Positions 26,333-41,100 of a DNA stretch of 64,000 nt are shown here, in pieces. Origin of the DNA: Podarcis pityusensis (taxonomy: Eukaryota); assembly GCA_964106645.2 (NCBI GenBank), contig OZ067038.1. One strand, given 5' to 3'. The notes under the pieces are model-generated. The model did not search any database. It had not been told where the DNA came from and saw only the letters and a list, made by a program, of their open reading frames with translations. Both the position numbers and the translations under genes were made by a program. Position 1 is the first letter of the stretch, and every line of letters starts with the position of its first letter.

Positions 26333-28964
26333 ATATTTGGGAGATGAATGCACCTGATGCATGGCTTCAACATCCCTTTCCCAAATCACTGTGATTTACC
26401 TTGGAAAATAATTCACTGTGAAGCTAAAATTGTCCATCAAAACAAAAGAACTACCACTTCCCTCTTCAGCTCTGGCCGTTTTCTCCCATCAGCTTAGTTT
26501 CATTTCTCAGAAAAGGTAGGGGGAAAGCTTGCACATTTAACTTGAAGGTGGGGAACCTCAGGTGCAGGAGGCAAATGCAGTCCTCCAGCTCTCTTCATCT
26601 GATGTTGGGACATTCCCAGGCTGCAGTCTTCAGTGCTGCCCTGTGGCTTCCTCAAGTGCCTGGCTGGAATGTTCCCTGGAACTGTCACAATGCCTTTGCT
26701 TGCCAGGATGGAGAGCCCCATCTACCACTGGCATATGCAGGGATGCCAACAGGATTTCCTGCACCCAGTACACTGCATGTGTATTGTTCCCCCTGCTAGT
26801 CTGCTGTACCTTACAAGTTGGGTAGAACTGCTTTTTAAGTACACATGTTTACTCGGTCTAGCTCACCACACGAGGTTGCCGCTAAAATGTTATTCACAGA
26901 TCACACAAAAATAAGCATGCCTAAGGTCAGAAGAAGAGCCTCCTTGCTTTAACTGCAAAATTTCCAGAGTCCTGATATTTACAGCAAAATACAAAAACAA
27001 AATCAAAGTTTGCCAACCCTGGTGAAGAACAACGAGCAAGAATAAGAATCTATAAGTATGCAGAGTCTTACAAGTTTTAAGTGTCTGAACTACCAACTCT
27101 CGGCCTAGCCTATCACACTGGACTGTTGTGAAGATAAAAATAGGGAGTGGGAGAAGAAAACAGCGTACACAGCCCTGAGCTCCTGGAAGGAAAAGCAAGG
27201 TACATATATGCAATGGCAAGCAACTAATACTGTAAGCATGTGACATTTCACAACTCAGCTTGGAAAACTTCCTAAACTTGATAGTTCCCCCGCCCCTTCT
27301 AAAGTATAGCCTGTTAGAATTTAGATTGTGGCTGCTGCAAGGTATTTGATGATCTTAGGTTCTATTTTCTGGTTAAGTTTGTATTTTCTATTATAATTAC
27401 TATATATTAATAAACAGCAATGATGACATGCAGACCAGTGATGACACGGGTGGGGGGTAGAGCGAGACATGGAATATTGGAGGAGAGGGGTCAATTTCAA
27501 GGAAGTAGCTTCCAAATCATGCCAAAAACAGCCAGTTGTGTTTTATAGTATAAAGACAGCTCGCAGGGAGTGAATGAAATAATGTGGACACAGAGGAAAG
27601 TGCTTATCCCAGTACACATACAGTCTTCCATCTGGCTAGCAGCAACAATAATGAACTGCTCCTGTTTCTTCTGCTGTTCTTGGAGGCCTCCCTCCCTACT
27701 CCCAGGTGAGGGTGGTGAGCAGTCCTTCCTCTGTTTGCTTAGCAACAGCAATTAAGTTGTGTAAGCAAGCTTAGCAACAGCAGCTTCTTTGTATCTGGCT
27801 GATGGAACCTTTGAAATTTGCCTCCACTCTTTGCTTTCTAACTTTCTTCATAGCTATCTGCTTGACTGCTCTTTTTTCTAAATGAAAGTGAAGTGGTTCC
27901 CCCACTCCCAATAGCTTGCATCCTTGTGCATGTGTGCCCCCTGTATGCCCGTGTGAGCAGCCCTGAATATACAGTCCCAGGTTTCTTATCAGGGAATGTG
28001 GCCCCCTGTCTAAAAAGAAAAGTCCCCCACCCCTGTTTAAATGTTTGGAAAGACCAAGGCCTCAGAACAACTTGGAAGCTTAAGAGTGTCCCTGATCATC
28101 TTTGAGACACTGATGCATAAATGTGAGATCATGACCCAAATCACGTGTTTCATTTAGTTATTTCGGATATGCACAGACCAGATATACACCACATCCACAC
28201 ACAAATACAGACATGGCAAAGCCTAGCAATTTGTTCTCAGACAGCTGGGGGCAAGGTGAATCTTCTTTCCTCCAAACTCAGGATAGCCACATGTGCCCGC
28301 CAGATCTTGGTGGACTACACCTTCCACCATCTCTTACCACTGGCAATAGTTGCTGGGGATAGTGCGAGTTGCAGTCAGTTCCCACATCCCACTGCAATCA
28401 ATGGGCCAAGGTTGCATTACTTTAATAAGGATGTAAGGCTGCAAACCTACAACCCATTTCCTGGAACTAAGGCCCACTGAACCCAGCAGGAGTTACTTTT
28501 AAGTAGACAAGTGTAGGGTATAACTCATGGTGTCTCCAGCTACAAGAATTGGGCTGCAGGAGGAGAAAATTAGAATTTGTCGCCTCTAGCTCCTCGTACT
28601 ATTGGTTTCCTTGCCAATAGGCACCAGCCTCAACTTCTAGTGTTACACTTGTCAAAACTACTTTTACTTCTGTTATAAGCATACAGGTTTGTATTTAGAT
28701 CTTGCCTTCTTTCTTCTTCTACACCGCTCTAAAGGATCATTCTGGCACTCAGCTTAGATCCTAGCCCCACTTAGCTGGGAACAAGTCTCACTGAATTCAA
28801 TAGGACTTATTTTTGAGTAGACATGGCCAGGATTACACTGTAAACCCAGTGTAAGTCATAACTCATCAGTCAGCTAAGAATGTGCTGTTTAAGCTCATCC
28901 AATTTTGCTACGAACTTTCAAGCCACTGACCCTCAGCATATGAATTGCTGCTTCCTGAATGCAA

Positions 28965-29645
28965 CTCCTGCAATGCAGGAATCCCAACTATATCATACAT
29001 GACAGATAGCCCTCCAACCTCTGCTTAAAAACCTCCAGGGAAGGAGTCCACCACCTCTGGTGGGACTCTGTCTCACTGTCAAACAGGTCCCACCATCAGA
29101 AAGCTCTTGATGTTTAGTCAGAATGCCCTTCTTGTAACTTGAACCCATTGGTTCAGGTCCTAGCCTCCAGAGCAGGAGAAAGCAAGCTTGTTCCATCCTC
29201 CATGTCACATGCCTTTAGATATTTGTAGGTGGCTATCATATCTCCACTCAGTCTCCTCTTTATCAGGCTCTACCAGGATAAGCATACCAATACTCCCTCA
29301 ACTGTTCCTCATAAGACTTGGGTTCCTAACCATTTATAATCTTGGTTACATACCTCTACACACATTCCAGCTTGTCAATATCCTTTTTTAATTGTGGTGC
29401 CCAGAAATGGACACAGTTCTCTAGGTGTGGTTTGACCAAGGCAGAATAGAGTAGGACTATTGCTTCTCTTCATCACATGAGCATAGCCAGGATTTTTGTT
29501 GGAGGGGGGCAGAACCTCAGCTATGGATTTTTATTGATTTGGGGGCAGCTGCCCCTCCCTGCCCTCCCCCACTCCCCCTTGGCTACGCCTAGGCTTGACC
29601 AGGACAGTATATTTCTATTACTGCAGCCTAGAATAGCATTTGCAG
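28965..29645 (-). mobile_element. CR1 LINE fragment, minus strand, interrupted by a MITE
   Basis: Reverse complement of the 3530-4057 element (for example aacctctgcttaaaaacctcc and ggacacagttct..gtgtggtttgacca). Confidence 0.88.
29476..29593. mobile_element. hAT-like MITE inserted in CR1
   Basis: Degenerate TIRs catgagcatagccagg...ttggctacgcctagg. Flanks cttcatca and cttgacca (6/8 match) resemble an 8-bp TSD. Confidence 0.6.
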
Positions 29646-32600
29646 ACATAGGGTCTGGTAAGTTGTCCAGGAGTTTCTTCCCCTTTGCCCTTTGATTCTC
29701 AATATTATTGGACAATGGATGTGGCCATTTGCTGCTTGACTATTGTCCCAAGAGAATCTTCATGATGGCCTCTCAAGCAAGACTCTCCATATGTCTCAAA
29801 CTTGCATTTTCCTTAGTGGAAATGATAAAATGCAGGTAAAGGTTCTTAGCTGGAAAATATACAGCATGAGCAGCAGAGATCTTTGTTAAGGTATGTCTAT
29901 CTCTGTCCTGTGCAGTGTGAGAGAGTTTTTCCCTTATACTTTAAATGGTTTTCTGTACTGAGATAACCAGCTAGGCCCTGTAGTGTTGGAAGTTCCACAC
30001 AATAAATTTCTGCTGTGCAGTAAGAGACTTGCGCCACCTTAAAGGCTAACACAACTCTATTGGGGCATCAGCTTTTGCTGAAACAAACTAACAGGACTGC
30101 CCCTCAGGGAATGTACTAATGAATGGCAACTTAGCAGCATCATGCTGGAATTTCCCATTGAAACTTGTTGTTTTTTTAAATTGCATTAAAGGGCCACAAC
30201 AGAAGGTTGCATTAAGTGATAATCATAGAGTGGAGCCACTCACACCATCAGACATGACTTAGGGCCATTGATTTCAAGGAGAACTTAATGGGATACAGCT
30301 CAGGATGTTTTGGGAAACTGAAATTACCACCTTTCTCGCCTGGTTTGTACCCTTTGGATACTAGTCTCTGTAAAGGGCAGATAAGCCCATAGATACTCTT
30401 TTCTTAATGCATGCATTGCAAGAGGATGGATGCCTCAAGTTTATGTGTACTGGGATTTCTATGTTTCAGTTAATGGAATTGATTGGACAACCAGTTTTTA
30501 AAAGCCTTCTGCCTAACCTAAGGACTCCATTGTACTCTATAAAGTTTTAAGGTTCTCTCTTCCCCGCCCCCCCCCCCACCTGCCCCACTTTTAGTCCAGC
30601 ATTGCAGAATATAAACAAGTTATGGTGATGTGGAATTAAATTGCATATAGCGTAAGATCAGCTAGGACGTTTAAAGGATGCACACACACAACCTTAAGAA
30701 CTTTGAACCTCAACATTTCAATTATAGCAGGACTGGTCTCTTTTAATGACTGCCCTCCCACATTTTTCTCTGCAGATTTTTCTCTGCGTTGGAACCTGCT
30801 GAGCAGAACTTCCAGATTTGGGGAGAGGGGCTAAAAATAAAACTTGAACCCTGTCGAAATTCAGAGGGACGATATAGTTAAATAATACAGATGTGGTTGG
30901 AATGAATGTCAGGTCACCATGTGGAATGCCAGCTTCCCAGTTACACCAAAGTCTTATTCGGACTTGGATGCTTGAAAAAAGGAAGCGAAAAAGATGTTTA
31001 TGGGAGGGGGCAAGGCGCTGAGCTTTTCCTGCAGTGGGTTTCAGCTTTTAAAATGGGAATACAGGAAGATGATCGCTTATAAAATATGGTCCGGTCTTCA
31101 TTCCTCCCAGACTGCTGTCCTGCGATTGGTGGGATGGCGAGCCAATCGGGGACTGTCCAAAGCATAACACTGTAGATATGCTGTGCTACTGAAGAAAGTT
31201 ATTTCTTCGCACCCTGTCTAAGGAGTGTGTTACTCCCTTTAGAATTAAAGAATTGTAAGGTTGGATGGGACCACGACTTTCATCTAGCTCAGCCCCCTGC
31301 TAGGCAGCTCTTACTTTGCCTCAGTGGCATATTAGCCCCTTAAATCTATATTTAAAAAAAAAATAATGCTGTGTTTTCCATTTAATTAGTGACAGCCATT
31401 TTCAAGCTGGTATCCTAACCATATTCTGGTCTAGGGATTTACCCTTGAGCCTCACGGAGCAGGATCGCGCTGCATTGATTGAAAGGCAAACCTCTCCTGT
31501 TGAAACCAATGGCCTTCAAAGTGTTTAACTAAGCCTGGATTTTTAAAATCCGTCTCTCTCTCGCTGTCTTTTCAAATAAATAAAAAAAGTGTGTTTTAGA
31601 ACATCTTTCCTCTGATTCTAGCAGCATGTTAATTTATTCCTACGAAATCCAGGTAATTACTTGTGACAACCGTCTTATTATCACAGGAGAGAGCTCCGTG
31701 TGAAAGAAAAATATTCAAAAATACCGAAGGAACACAAGCCTGAAGAAAGCGACGGTGCAGGGAAGAGAGAGGTTGAGGTGGGGGCTTTGGAGAATGTCGC
31801 TCTGACTGGAGATGGATGCCTCGTGCGCGGCTTGTCTCTGATAATCTCCCCCGCATGCACTGCGTGCAGATAAAATATTTATTTACCAAAGAGCCCGTAA
31901 ACATCAAGGCAAATACATTAAGGCACTTCAAGCTTATGATTATTTCAAAACTGAAAGGAAATAATACTTTGGATGAATATGGATGGAGAAAAAGAGAAGG
32001 GGTGTTGTTTCCCCCCGTTCCCTTTCTACCCCCCAGGGTTGTAGTTACTTTTCTATGCTAGGAGCTGATGTTTGTTTTGGACACGGGAGGGGCAGGGAAG
32101 GGAAGGAGGGAATTAAAGGGAAATAATAACTATTATTATTATTATTTGCACGATGACAGTCCGGGATGAAGCTGACCCTGACACGTCCTGATATCATCTG
32201 GTATTATATTTTAGTGGCCGGCAGCGGCGCTTTTCTCGCGTGGTCAATTCGTGTTAATAGTTGAGAGTGAAGGAGGGTGGCCTGTCCAATCGCTGCACCT
32301 GAAGAGGTGGGGCCTCTGTCCAGTCGCATCCTAGGCTCTGGGCTCTGGGTCGCCTGCTTCGGATGCCAAAAAAGGGAGCCGAAACTTGCGGTGGAAACAC
32401 ATTGTTAGGAGTCAGGACATCGCGGGTGGGCGCTTGGACCCCTGGCCTGTATGGCGTCAGGTGGGGACTGACCCTAAAGCCCAAATTCTCTCCCTCTCTC
32501 CATCTCTCCTCCTTAAGGTGCTCTTGAGTGTCTTTTCCTCCTCGTCCCCCCAACAAAAAAGGTCACACAGTTATGACAAACACAAACAACCTCTCACCAC

Positions 32601-32699
32601 AGCCTTCCTATCCCCTTCCCACCCCCGCAATCATATTAATAATATTTATTTTATTTTATTTTTAAAAGTCTCTCTCCATCCATTTGCCTTGCTCGTCGC

Positions 32700-32860
32700 G
32701 ACCGGGAGCCAGGTGATTATCCTAATTAATGTCTATCTAATTAAATTACAGTCAGCGGTGAACCAATGGCAGGAGCCGTTTCATGCGCTCCGCAAGCAGG
32801 GAGATCAAAAGTGTGGCTTGGCTGATTGCTGCGCGGTGTCAATTGGCCAATCTCTCCTCC
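32700..32860 (+). promoter_or_regulatory. TBR1: TBR1 proximal promoter / conserved 5' element
   Basis: Two TAATTA sites (32723, 32738), CCAAT (32763), TCF/LEF-like AGATCAAAAG (32802), and TGTCA plus palindromic ATTGGCCAAT (32837-32851), about 300-450 nt upstream of the ATG. Confidence 0.75.
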
Positions 32861-33153
32861 CGGGGAGAAATCCGGGAGAAGGAGAAGAAGAAGGAGAAGA
32901 GGAAGAAGGAGGGAGCGTGGTGGTGGTGGGGGCCCCGAGAAAAGAGACTGCAATCGTGGCTTCAGTTTGGGACCAGCCTTGGGTGGTGGGAGAAGCGTCT
33001 CTGGATACCTCGCCGAGGAGGGGCCCCAGGATGAGGGCCCGGCGGTGGTGGCCTTAAGAAAGCAAAGAAAAAACCCAAGCACCACCGCTTGCTTTTTTTG
33101 GGGGGGGGGGGAGGCGGGCAGGCAAATCGAGAGCGCGGGCTGGGTCTGGAGCG

Positions 33154-34049
33154 ATGCAGCTGGAGCATTGTCTGTCGCCTCCGTCGATGATGCTCTCCAA
33201 GAAATTTCTCCATGTGAGCGGCGGCGGCGGCGCTTACGCGTCGGGCGGATCCGAGCTTGCCTTGCACGAGCATCCGCACCATCACCATCCGCACCACCAC
33301 CATCCCGCCGCCGCCGCCATCCTGTCGTCGAGCGCTGACAACCTGGAGAGGAGTTCACCTCTGAAAAAACTCGCCAGGGGGGGGATGACGAATCAGGCCG
33401 AGGCAGACAATTTCTCTGACTCCAAAGACCCGCCAGGGGACGCGCAACAGCAGCCACCGCCACAGCAGCCTCAGCCTCCGCAGCAGCAGCAACAGCGCGC
33501 CAAACTCTCGCCCGTCGTCTTGGACGGCGGCGGCGGTGGTGGCGCCGCGGAGCAGTTGCGCCCCTCCTTCGATGGAGCGGCCGCGGCTGCGGCAGCGGCA
33601 GCAGCAGCAGCAGCAGCGGCGGCGGCGGCCGCGGCCGATCGCTACCTGCTCTCGTCGCCCTCGGCCGCAGCCGCGTCCAGCGCGCCTCCGGCCGCCGCGT
33701 CGGCTCCCCCGACGGCCGCCAGCATGTTCCCCTACCCGGGCCAGCACAACCCGCACGCGGCCGCCTTCTCCATCGCCAGCCCCAGCCGATACATGGCGCA
33801 CCACCCGGTCATCGCCAACGGAGCCTACAACAGCCTGCTGTCCAACTCGGCCCCGCAGGGCTACCCGGCCGCCGGCTACCCTTACCCTCAGCAGTACGGC
33901 CCCTCGTACCAGGGCTCTCCCTTCTATCAGTTCCCCTCGGCGCAAGCCGGGCTTGTCCCGGGAAAGGCGCAGGTCTACCTATGCAACAGGCCGCTCTGGC
34001 TGAAGTTCCACCGGCACCAGACCGAGATGATCATAACCAAGCAAGGCAG
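33154..34049 (+). CDS. TBR1: TBR1 (T-box brain 1) exon 1 coding part, 896 nt
   Basis: [17 protein letters not shown]-terminus through the T-box start [28 protein letters not shown]. Donor AG|gtaagc, phase 2. Confidence 0.98.
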
Positions 34050-34528
34050 GTAAGCGGCGGCGGCGGCGCCCGGAGGAGAGCGGGAGCGGCGGGATGGGGA
34101 GGGCGGGAAAGAAATGCCAGCGAGGCGCAAGGCAAAGGCGGCGGGGAGGGTGGAAGATGGAATAAAAGACGCAAAGGCAAAAACCAAAACAACCCCTTCG
34201 AACTCCAAGAACCTTTCCGCTGGAAGAGCTTCCTTAGCTCCAACCGACTTTCCTTCCTTCCTTTGGGGTTTGCTCAAAACTTTTCTCGTTCTTCTTTACG
34301 CACACGCCTTCTGCGTTTTTCTTTCCTTTTGGACAACGCACCGAGTACCAGGAACTCGTCGAGGAGTTCACACCAGCGGCTTTTTCTTTTTTTCTTTTTA
34401 AGGCAGAAAACAAAAAAGAAGTGATCTCCTTCTTACTTTTTTTTTTTTTAACCTTCCGGGCGCTTCTTATTTTAGTACGCACCTTTTATCGTGCAGACCT
34501 CAATTGTTTTCTCCCTCGCTACAAAAAT

Positions 34529-34529
34529 C

Positions 34530-34571
<42 letters not shown>
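34529..34571. repeat. (TAT)n microsatellite in TBR1 intron 1
   Basis: Direct reading. Confidence 0.95.
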
Positions 34572-34572
<1 letters not shown>

Positions 34573-35267
34573 GTCTTCATTCTACTTCATTTTTTAGCGG
34601 GCGCTGCGCTCCGCTGCCGCTCGTTTCCTCGCTTTCCTCTGGCGACCTGAGAAGCGGCTTGTGCCTTAGGGAGAGCGGGAGCCCGGTGGCCAGCAGTTTA
34701 GGACAGGAGCAAGACATTTTGCAACCGGGATCGCGCTCGACCGGTTGCATATTTTCCCCGCGCTCCGTCCGGATCAGAAACAGCACGGCCTGAAAGTAAG
34801 CTCCACTGAAATCACCGGGATTTGTTTCCGAGCAAATCTATTTCGAAACAAGGGTAGCTACTATTTATTAAAGCCATCGCGGTTCGGACCAGAGTCTGAC
34901 TGCCTGGTGGCAACCCTGTTTCCTCGGAAGGAGGTCTCCTCCATTTCAGCCGGCTTTACTTGGAAGCGTGCGCTTTAGCCTTGTGGCTTAAGGAGAAATA
35001 CGCAGGAAGCTGTTACTGCCTTGGGCACACGATCCGAGAGAGGGAGAGAGAAAAGATCACAAATGTGCTCATTCAAAACTGAGGTTCCGTCCCGGTCCGA
35101 TGAGGTCCGTTTAGACACTATGGGGAAACTACAGTCTGCAACTCCCTAAAGCGGAGAGCAAGATCGACGCTGGCTTGGAAGAAATCTAGTGAGAGGTGTG
35201 GTGCGTGCTAGGGCATCCAAATGTATTTTTAAAATATTGTTATTGTGATTATTTTTCCTCCATGTAA

Positions 35268-35468
<201 letters not shown>

Positions 35469-35656
35469 TAACACGTTCGCTCCCCCCGTCTCTCTCTTCT
35501 CCCTCTCCGCATCCACACGCGCGCACGTAGCTTAGGTGAGAAGGCTTAATTGGAGCCTGGCTGGACTGCCTTAGACCGAGGAAGCGACGCCAAGGAGGGC
35601 GGGTGGGGTGGGGGACCTGGAAAGCCTGGTGAGGAAAGACAGAGTGGATTTATTCT

Positions 35657-35698
<42 letters not shown>

Positions 35699-35824
35699 AT
35701 GGCTATTTTAATCCTTCCCCGCGTTGAGATTTTTAAAATCAAATAAAGATGAAGCGAAGGGGAGTCGCCGCGGCTCCTGAGCGCTGTCAATTTCCACTGG
35801 GGAATTGAATGGAGCCATCTGTGA

Positions 35825-36133
<309 letters not shown>

Positions 36134-36496
36134 TGATTTCTTTCATCCCTTTGCAACCTCGCCCCATGCCGATCTGCAGCTCTGACTTGGGACTGCCTTA
36201 GAACCCGATCGACTTCTCGCTTGTGGATCCTAAGGGATCCCCAACACCACCTTCATTCGCTTTCCAATTGAGCCACCTCACCCACACCTTAAGGGCGGCG
36301 GATCATAGCATCCCCGCACCTTCGCCCAGAAGCCGAGTAAGAGCGGATCTGGTTTCAGTTTCAAAAGAACTGAGCGGATCCACCGAGCCACCGCGAGGGA
36401 AAGGAAAAGGCAAATAGGCGGGATCAGGGAGAACAAAGAGGGGTATTGGGAAAGGCGAAGGAATCCGCGGTGGATCTCCGAAGGTGAGCTGGGTAG

Positions 36497-37015
<519 letters not shown>

Positions 37016-37997
37016 TGAGCTCAGTTATTGTGTCCCTAACTCTGAAGAGCATCTTCAGGGATCGCAGGGCAGCCAGTTCCGCGATTTTAATATATATATA
37101 TTATTTTAAAATGCTAAAAATCTTCCCTCATCCCAAAGTAGGGAGAATAATTAGATGTTCCAAGGAAGTAAAACAAACAAACAAACACCAGCTTCAAAAG
37201 ACCAAAAATAGATTTCAGCGTTTGTCACCCTGCATTGGCCACTTGATAAGTATTATGGCAATTCTTGTATGTACAGTTTTAAGACACAAACACACATTTG
37301 AACTGGCTTTGCCCGTGTCTGTATGCGTAAGAGAAAGCGGTAGGTGTCATATTGCTGGGGCGCTTTAGTAAACAGCTTTCTTTAGGCTGCAGTCCAACCC
37401 CCACTTCCTTGGGATGAAGCCCCATTGTACTCAATGGAACTTGCTTCTGAGTAGACGCGGCTAGGAGGCCGCTGTTCGCGCGTCCACCAGCTCTGCTTGA
37501 ATGGCTCGGGTTTTTGTTTTCGTGCCAGTCTGTTGGGTCCTGGCGCTGTAAATAAAGCACGTGGCTCGAAGTGAGCTGCCTTTGCAGCCCGATCCTGAGC
37601 CGAGTTTACTGGGAAGTCAGTCCCCCTGAGTTCAGCGGGGCACTTGCTGAAGTGAGGGAGCCCGCATCCGCGCGCGAAGATAAGTCGTTTGAACGGCTGG
37701 ATCACACCGGTTGAAAAAAAGGGAAGTGTAGCGTTTCTAGGCTGAGTTGCAAAAATAACTGCATTTGAAAGTTAATTTAGAACATTTTAGCCCATCAGGG
37801 TAATGAAATTCATCGGTGGGAGGATATGTACGCGTGTTGGCGTGTTCTGTAGTGCTGCTGATACTATATTATTACCATTGCTATGACTATTATTCCTGTT
37901 AGGGTGGCAATCCCAGAATGAAACAACAGAACCCCCCCCCCCCCCGCTTTAAATGATGGTGGTGTTGGGTGGGATTTATATTTATTAGTAGTACTAA

Positions 37998-38126
<129 letters not shown>

Positions 38127-41100
38127 TAAGTCAACTGTGGACTTGAGTCTTTTTATTGTCTGCTGGCTAGTAGTAGGGAAATGTTTAGATCGGGGTAGCC
38201 TTCTTCATCTCCCTTGAAAAGAACGGCTCCGATAAATGTTCGTTGCCTTTTTCCGGCTTCCCCAAAGAGGAACTAACCCTGGGCTCCTGGAATCCACTCC
38301 GTTTCTCTCCCCCTCCCCTTTGGCGAGGCTGCTGTATAACTAGGACTTTGGGAGTCTTCCGCACCCCTAGCAGGCGCTGGCAGAGTAGGTCGTGCGAATG
38401 ATGCTCCCAGAAGTGCGCGCAGGTGGGCACACGCAGTTTGGTCGTCCAGCTCATATTTTGGTGCATGACGAAGCGGGGGGGGGGGAGGAGTAGGGAGTGC
38501 AGGCTCATCTCCTTTGCTTACCCGATTCCCAATTGTAACAGTTGCACTTTTGGAGGCGTGACTTCAGTTCTGTGGGTTTACTCGCAGGAGGGTGCGCTGT
38601 GCCTATTGACACAAGACTTGTGAAAGAAGGGGCAGGTTACTTGTGCGAAGAAATGGCTCTTTAAACGACCCCGAGTGCTTTGGGTTAGAAATAAATATTG
38701 ACCTAACTACCTTCGTATCCCGCTCTTCCTCCAATCACACAACAACCTTGTGAGGCAGGTTAGGCAAGGAGATCACGATCTTAGGGAATTCACCGGCTCT
38801 GCGTGATCCTAAAGTTTCACTTGAGCCAAATGCAGTGATCGCAAGCTTCCTTTCCATAGAATAAGTCAGTCAAATAGGACTTACTTAGAATCGAAGTAAA
38901 CGCGCTTGCAGGCGCGCTTTTAAAACCCGAAAAGTTGTCACCTGTCTTTAAAACAACACCCCCATCCTCTGACACTTCTTGGATTTTGCTGTCTAAAACA
39001 GCTGACTGTAGTCATTGCTTTGAGATTTGGCTGATAGCGGAGTGCCCCTTGTACAGACAAATTGGTCAGGTGTGCGACGTATTCATTTCCAAACAAAAGG
39101 AGAGGATAAGGAAAGTTCGGCAGACCCAGTACTAGAATTTTATCTAATCAGAAGTTTGCCAAGCAAGACGGTCCCTACTCCCCCCACCCCCACCTAACTA
39201 CAAGTCAAAGGAAAAGGAGTGTTAACAGAAGCGAAAGAAGAAATGGCTACCAAATAGGTGATGCGCTTAGCCAGGTTTTCGAGTTATCCAGAATTTCTCA
39301 GCCGGCGGCCCTGAAGAATAGCTTTAGGTGCGCCTGTTCCCACAGGGACAAAGGCTGCCCCCGGGAGAAGACCTTCGGCTGATGTTTGCTTGTCTCTCTT
39401 CCTAGAGCCACCAATTATCCCCCGTTTTGCCTCAAATTGTGAGATGTGCTTTTTTAGACTTTTCGCAAAACTGTCGGTGATTTCCCAGACGCCCTGATTT
39501 CACCTCTAGGCTTCGCACCAGCGAAATCGATTTTAGAAGCAACCTGACTCTTTGCTGCTTCCTGTGACCCACTCCTCCCCTCTCCAAAAACAGCACCCCC
39601 CTTCCTCAAGATCCTGACTCATCCTCGACCTTCCTCCTCTGTCGGGAAGACACCAACCACACGCAGATCTGTGGACTGGTGTTGGTAAAGGGGGCAATGT
39701 TGCGAGAGGGGCTGCCATTGCCATTAGACCCTTGGGAAAGGAAAAGCACCATCTGTGCTGGGAGAAGGCCGTCTGGGGCTGATGCTAGAGACCCAAGAGG
39801 ACCCCGTAAGGCCAGCAGCGCAGCCCCATGTGTGCGCGCGTGCGTGTTACTCGGGAGTAATTCCCGCTGTGCGCAGTGGGGTTTCTCCCAGGTAAACGTG
39901 CAAAGGATGGCAGGCTGATGGAGGCTAGTCACCAGGTGGCCCCGAGGTCCTCAGGGCTGTAGAGGAAAAAGTATGCTGACCCTGCCTGTGTTCCCTGGGC
40001 CTGGCTTTTGGAAAGGTTTACCCAGCCTTCCAGACATGTGTTGGAGAAACGTGCCTTGTCTGGGGCCTGAAGGGACTCTTTCCTCGGCTTCTTCGTCCTG
40101 CTTCAGTGGCGATTTAGAAGCAACCTTTTTAGCTCGCAATCCACAAACAGCTTCCAAGAGGGCGTGCAAATCCGGATGGGTAAAGTCAATGGGGGAGCTA
40201 GCACAGTGCAAGCAACACTGAAGTCACTCTCCAAGGTACTGAAATTTGTTGGAAACAGATGCTGCATCGCTCCTTTCTGGGCGGAGCAGGAAGTTCCCTA
40301 AAGCCCAAATCTGACCTAGAATGTACAAACAGTTCCCTACATATGATGAAGGGTATTTGCCACTAAAGGCTTTATTTCCCCTTCCTCCAGGCGCGCAATA
40401 GCAATTTCCCGCAGCGGCAGGGGACAACTATCCCTTAACGCGCTCCAACCACCCCGCTCTCTCCTCTCCTCCAGCTTACAATGCAGGATTTATTTCGAAA
40501 GTTCCTAGAGATTTAAATCCATGCGTAATGTAAACAGCCTCGACCGCAGGGTCATCCAAAGAAACAGGTGGCAAGTTAGCAAGAGTTAATCAGTGCGGGC
40601 CCTTCCCTCAATTACGGCGACAGAGTCGTGCACAAAGCCATCATACAGGCGCAACAGCACCGCGCGGAACTCGGTTCTTGCTGGCTTCCCGCGCTATAGA
40701 TCTCCTCGTTTTCCGTTGCGCGGCGATCCACCGTTTCTTATTAGCAACCTCGGGAAGAGAATAAAAGGGTGTGATCGTGTGCCTGCCCCCTCAGATGATC
40801 GGAGCGGTTGCAATTGAACGCCGCCTGGCTGGTCTCTGCTCGCACAGCCGCTGGCGCTTAGCTCGTTAAGCAGCCTATTCAGGGAACCGCTCAGAGGCTG
40901 CCTCGCCTGCTGTTTGCTACAAATGGCCCCGGAGTACCTGTTGCGTGTATTTGGGCCTGCGTCGATTTACCCCACTGGCAGGCTTATTCTTGCAGGACGG
41001 GTGGGGTGCCTTGTTTAAAATAAAATGAAAAACCGGACTTAACCTTTTGCACGCTGTTGGTTTCCTTTTTATGGTAATAAATAAATCTGGCCAGGGGAAA

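Larger units (their letters stand above)
32200..34200. promoter_or_regulatory. CpG island over TBR1 promoter and exon 1
   Basis: Visibly very high GC and CpG density. Confidence 0.85.

Noticed and set aside
30020-30090. Possible second Penelope terminal remnant (gccaccttaaaggctaac...agcttttg)
   Set aside because: Too short and decayed, with no TSD or ribozyme core visible.
32386-34424. Several long overlapping ORFs around TBR1 exon 1
   Set aside because: Low-complexity CpG-island artefacts. Only the frame starting at 33154 matches a known protein.
35075-35135. ccgatgag-gtcc...gaaac resembling a hammerhead core in TBR1 intron 1
   Set aside because: The core reads CCGAUGA rather than CUGAUGA, and stem II does not close next to GAAA.
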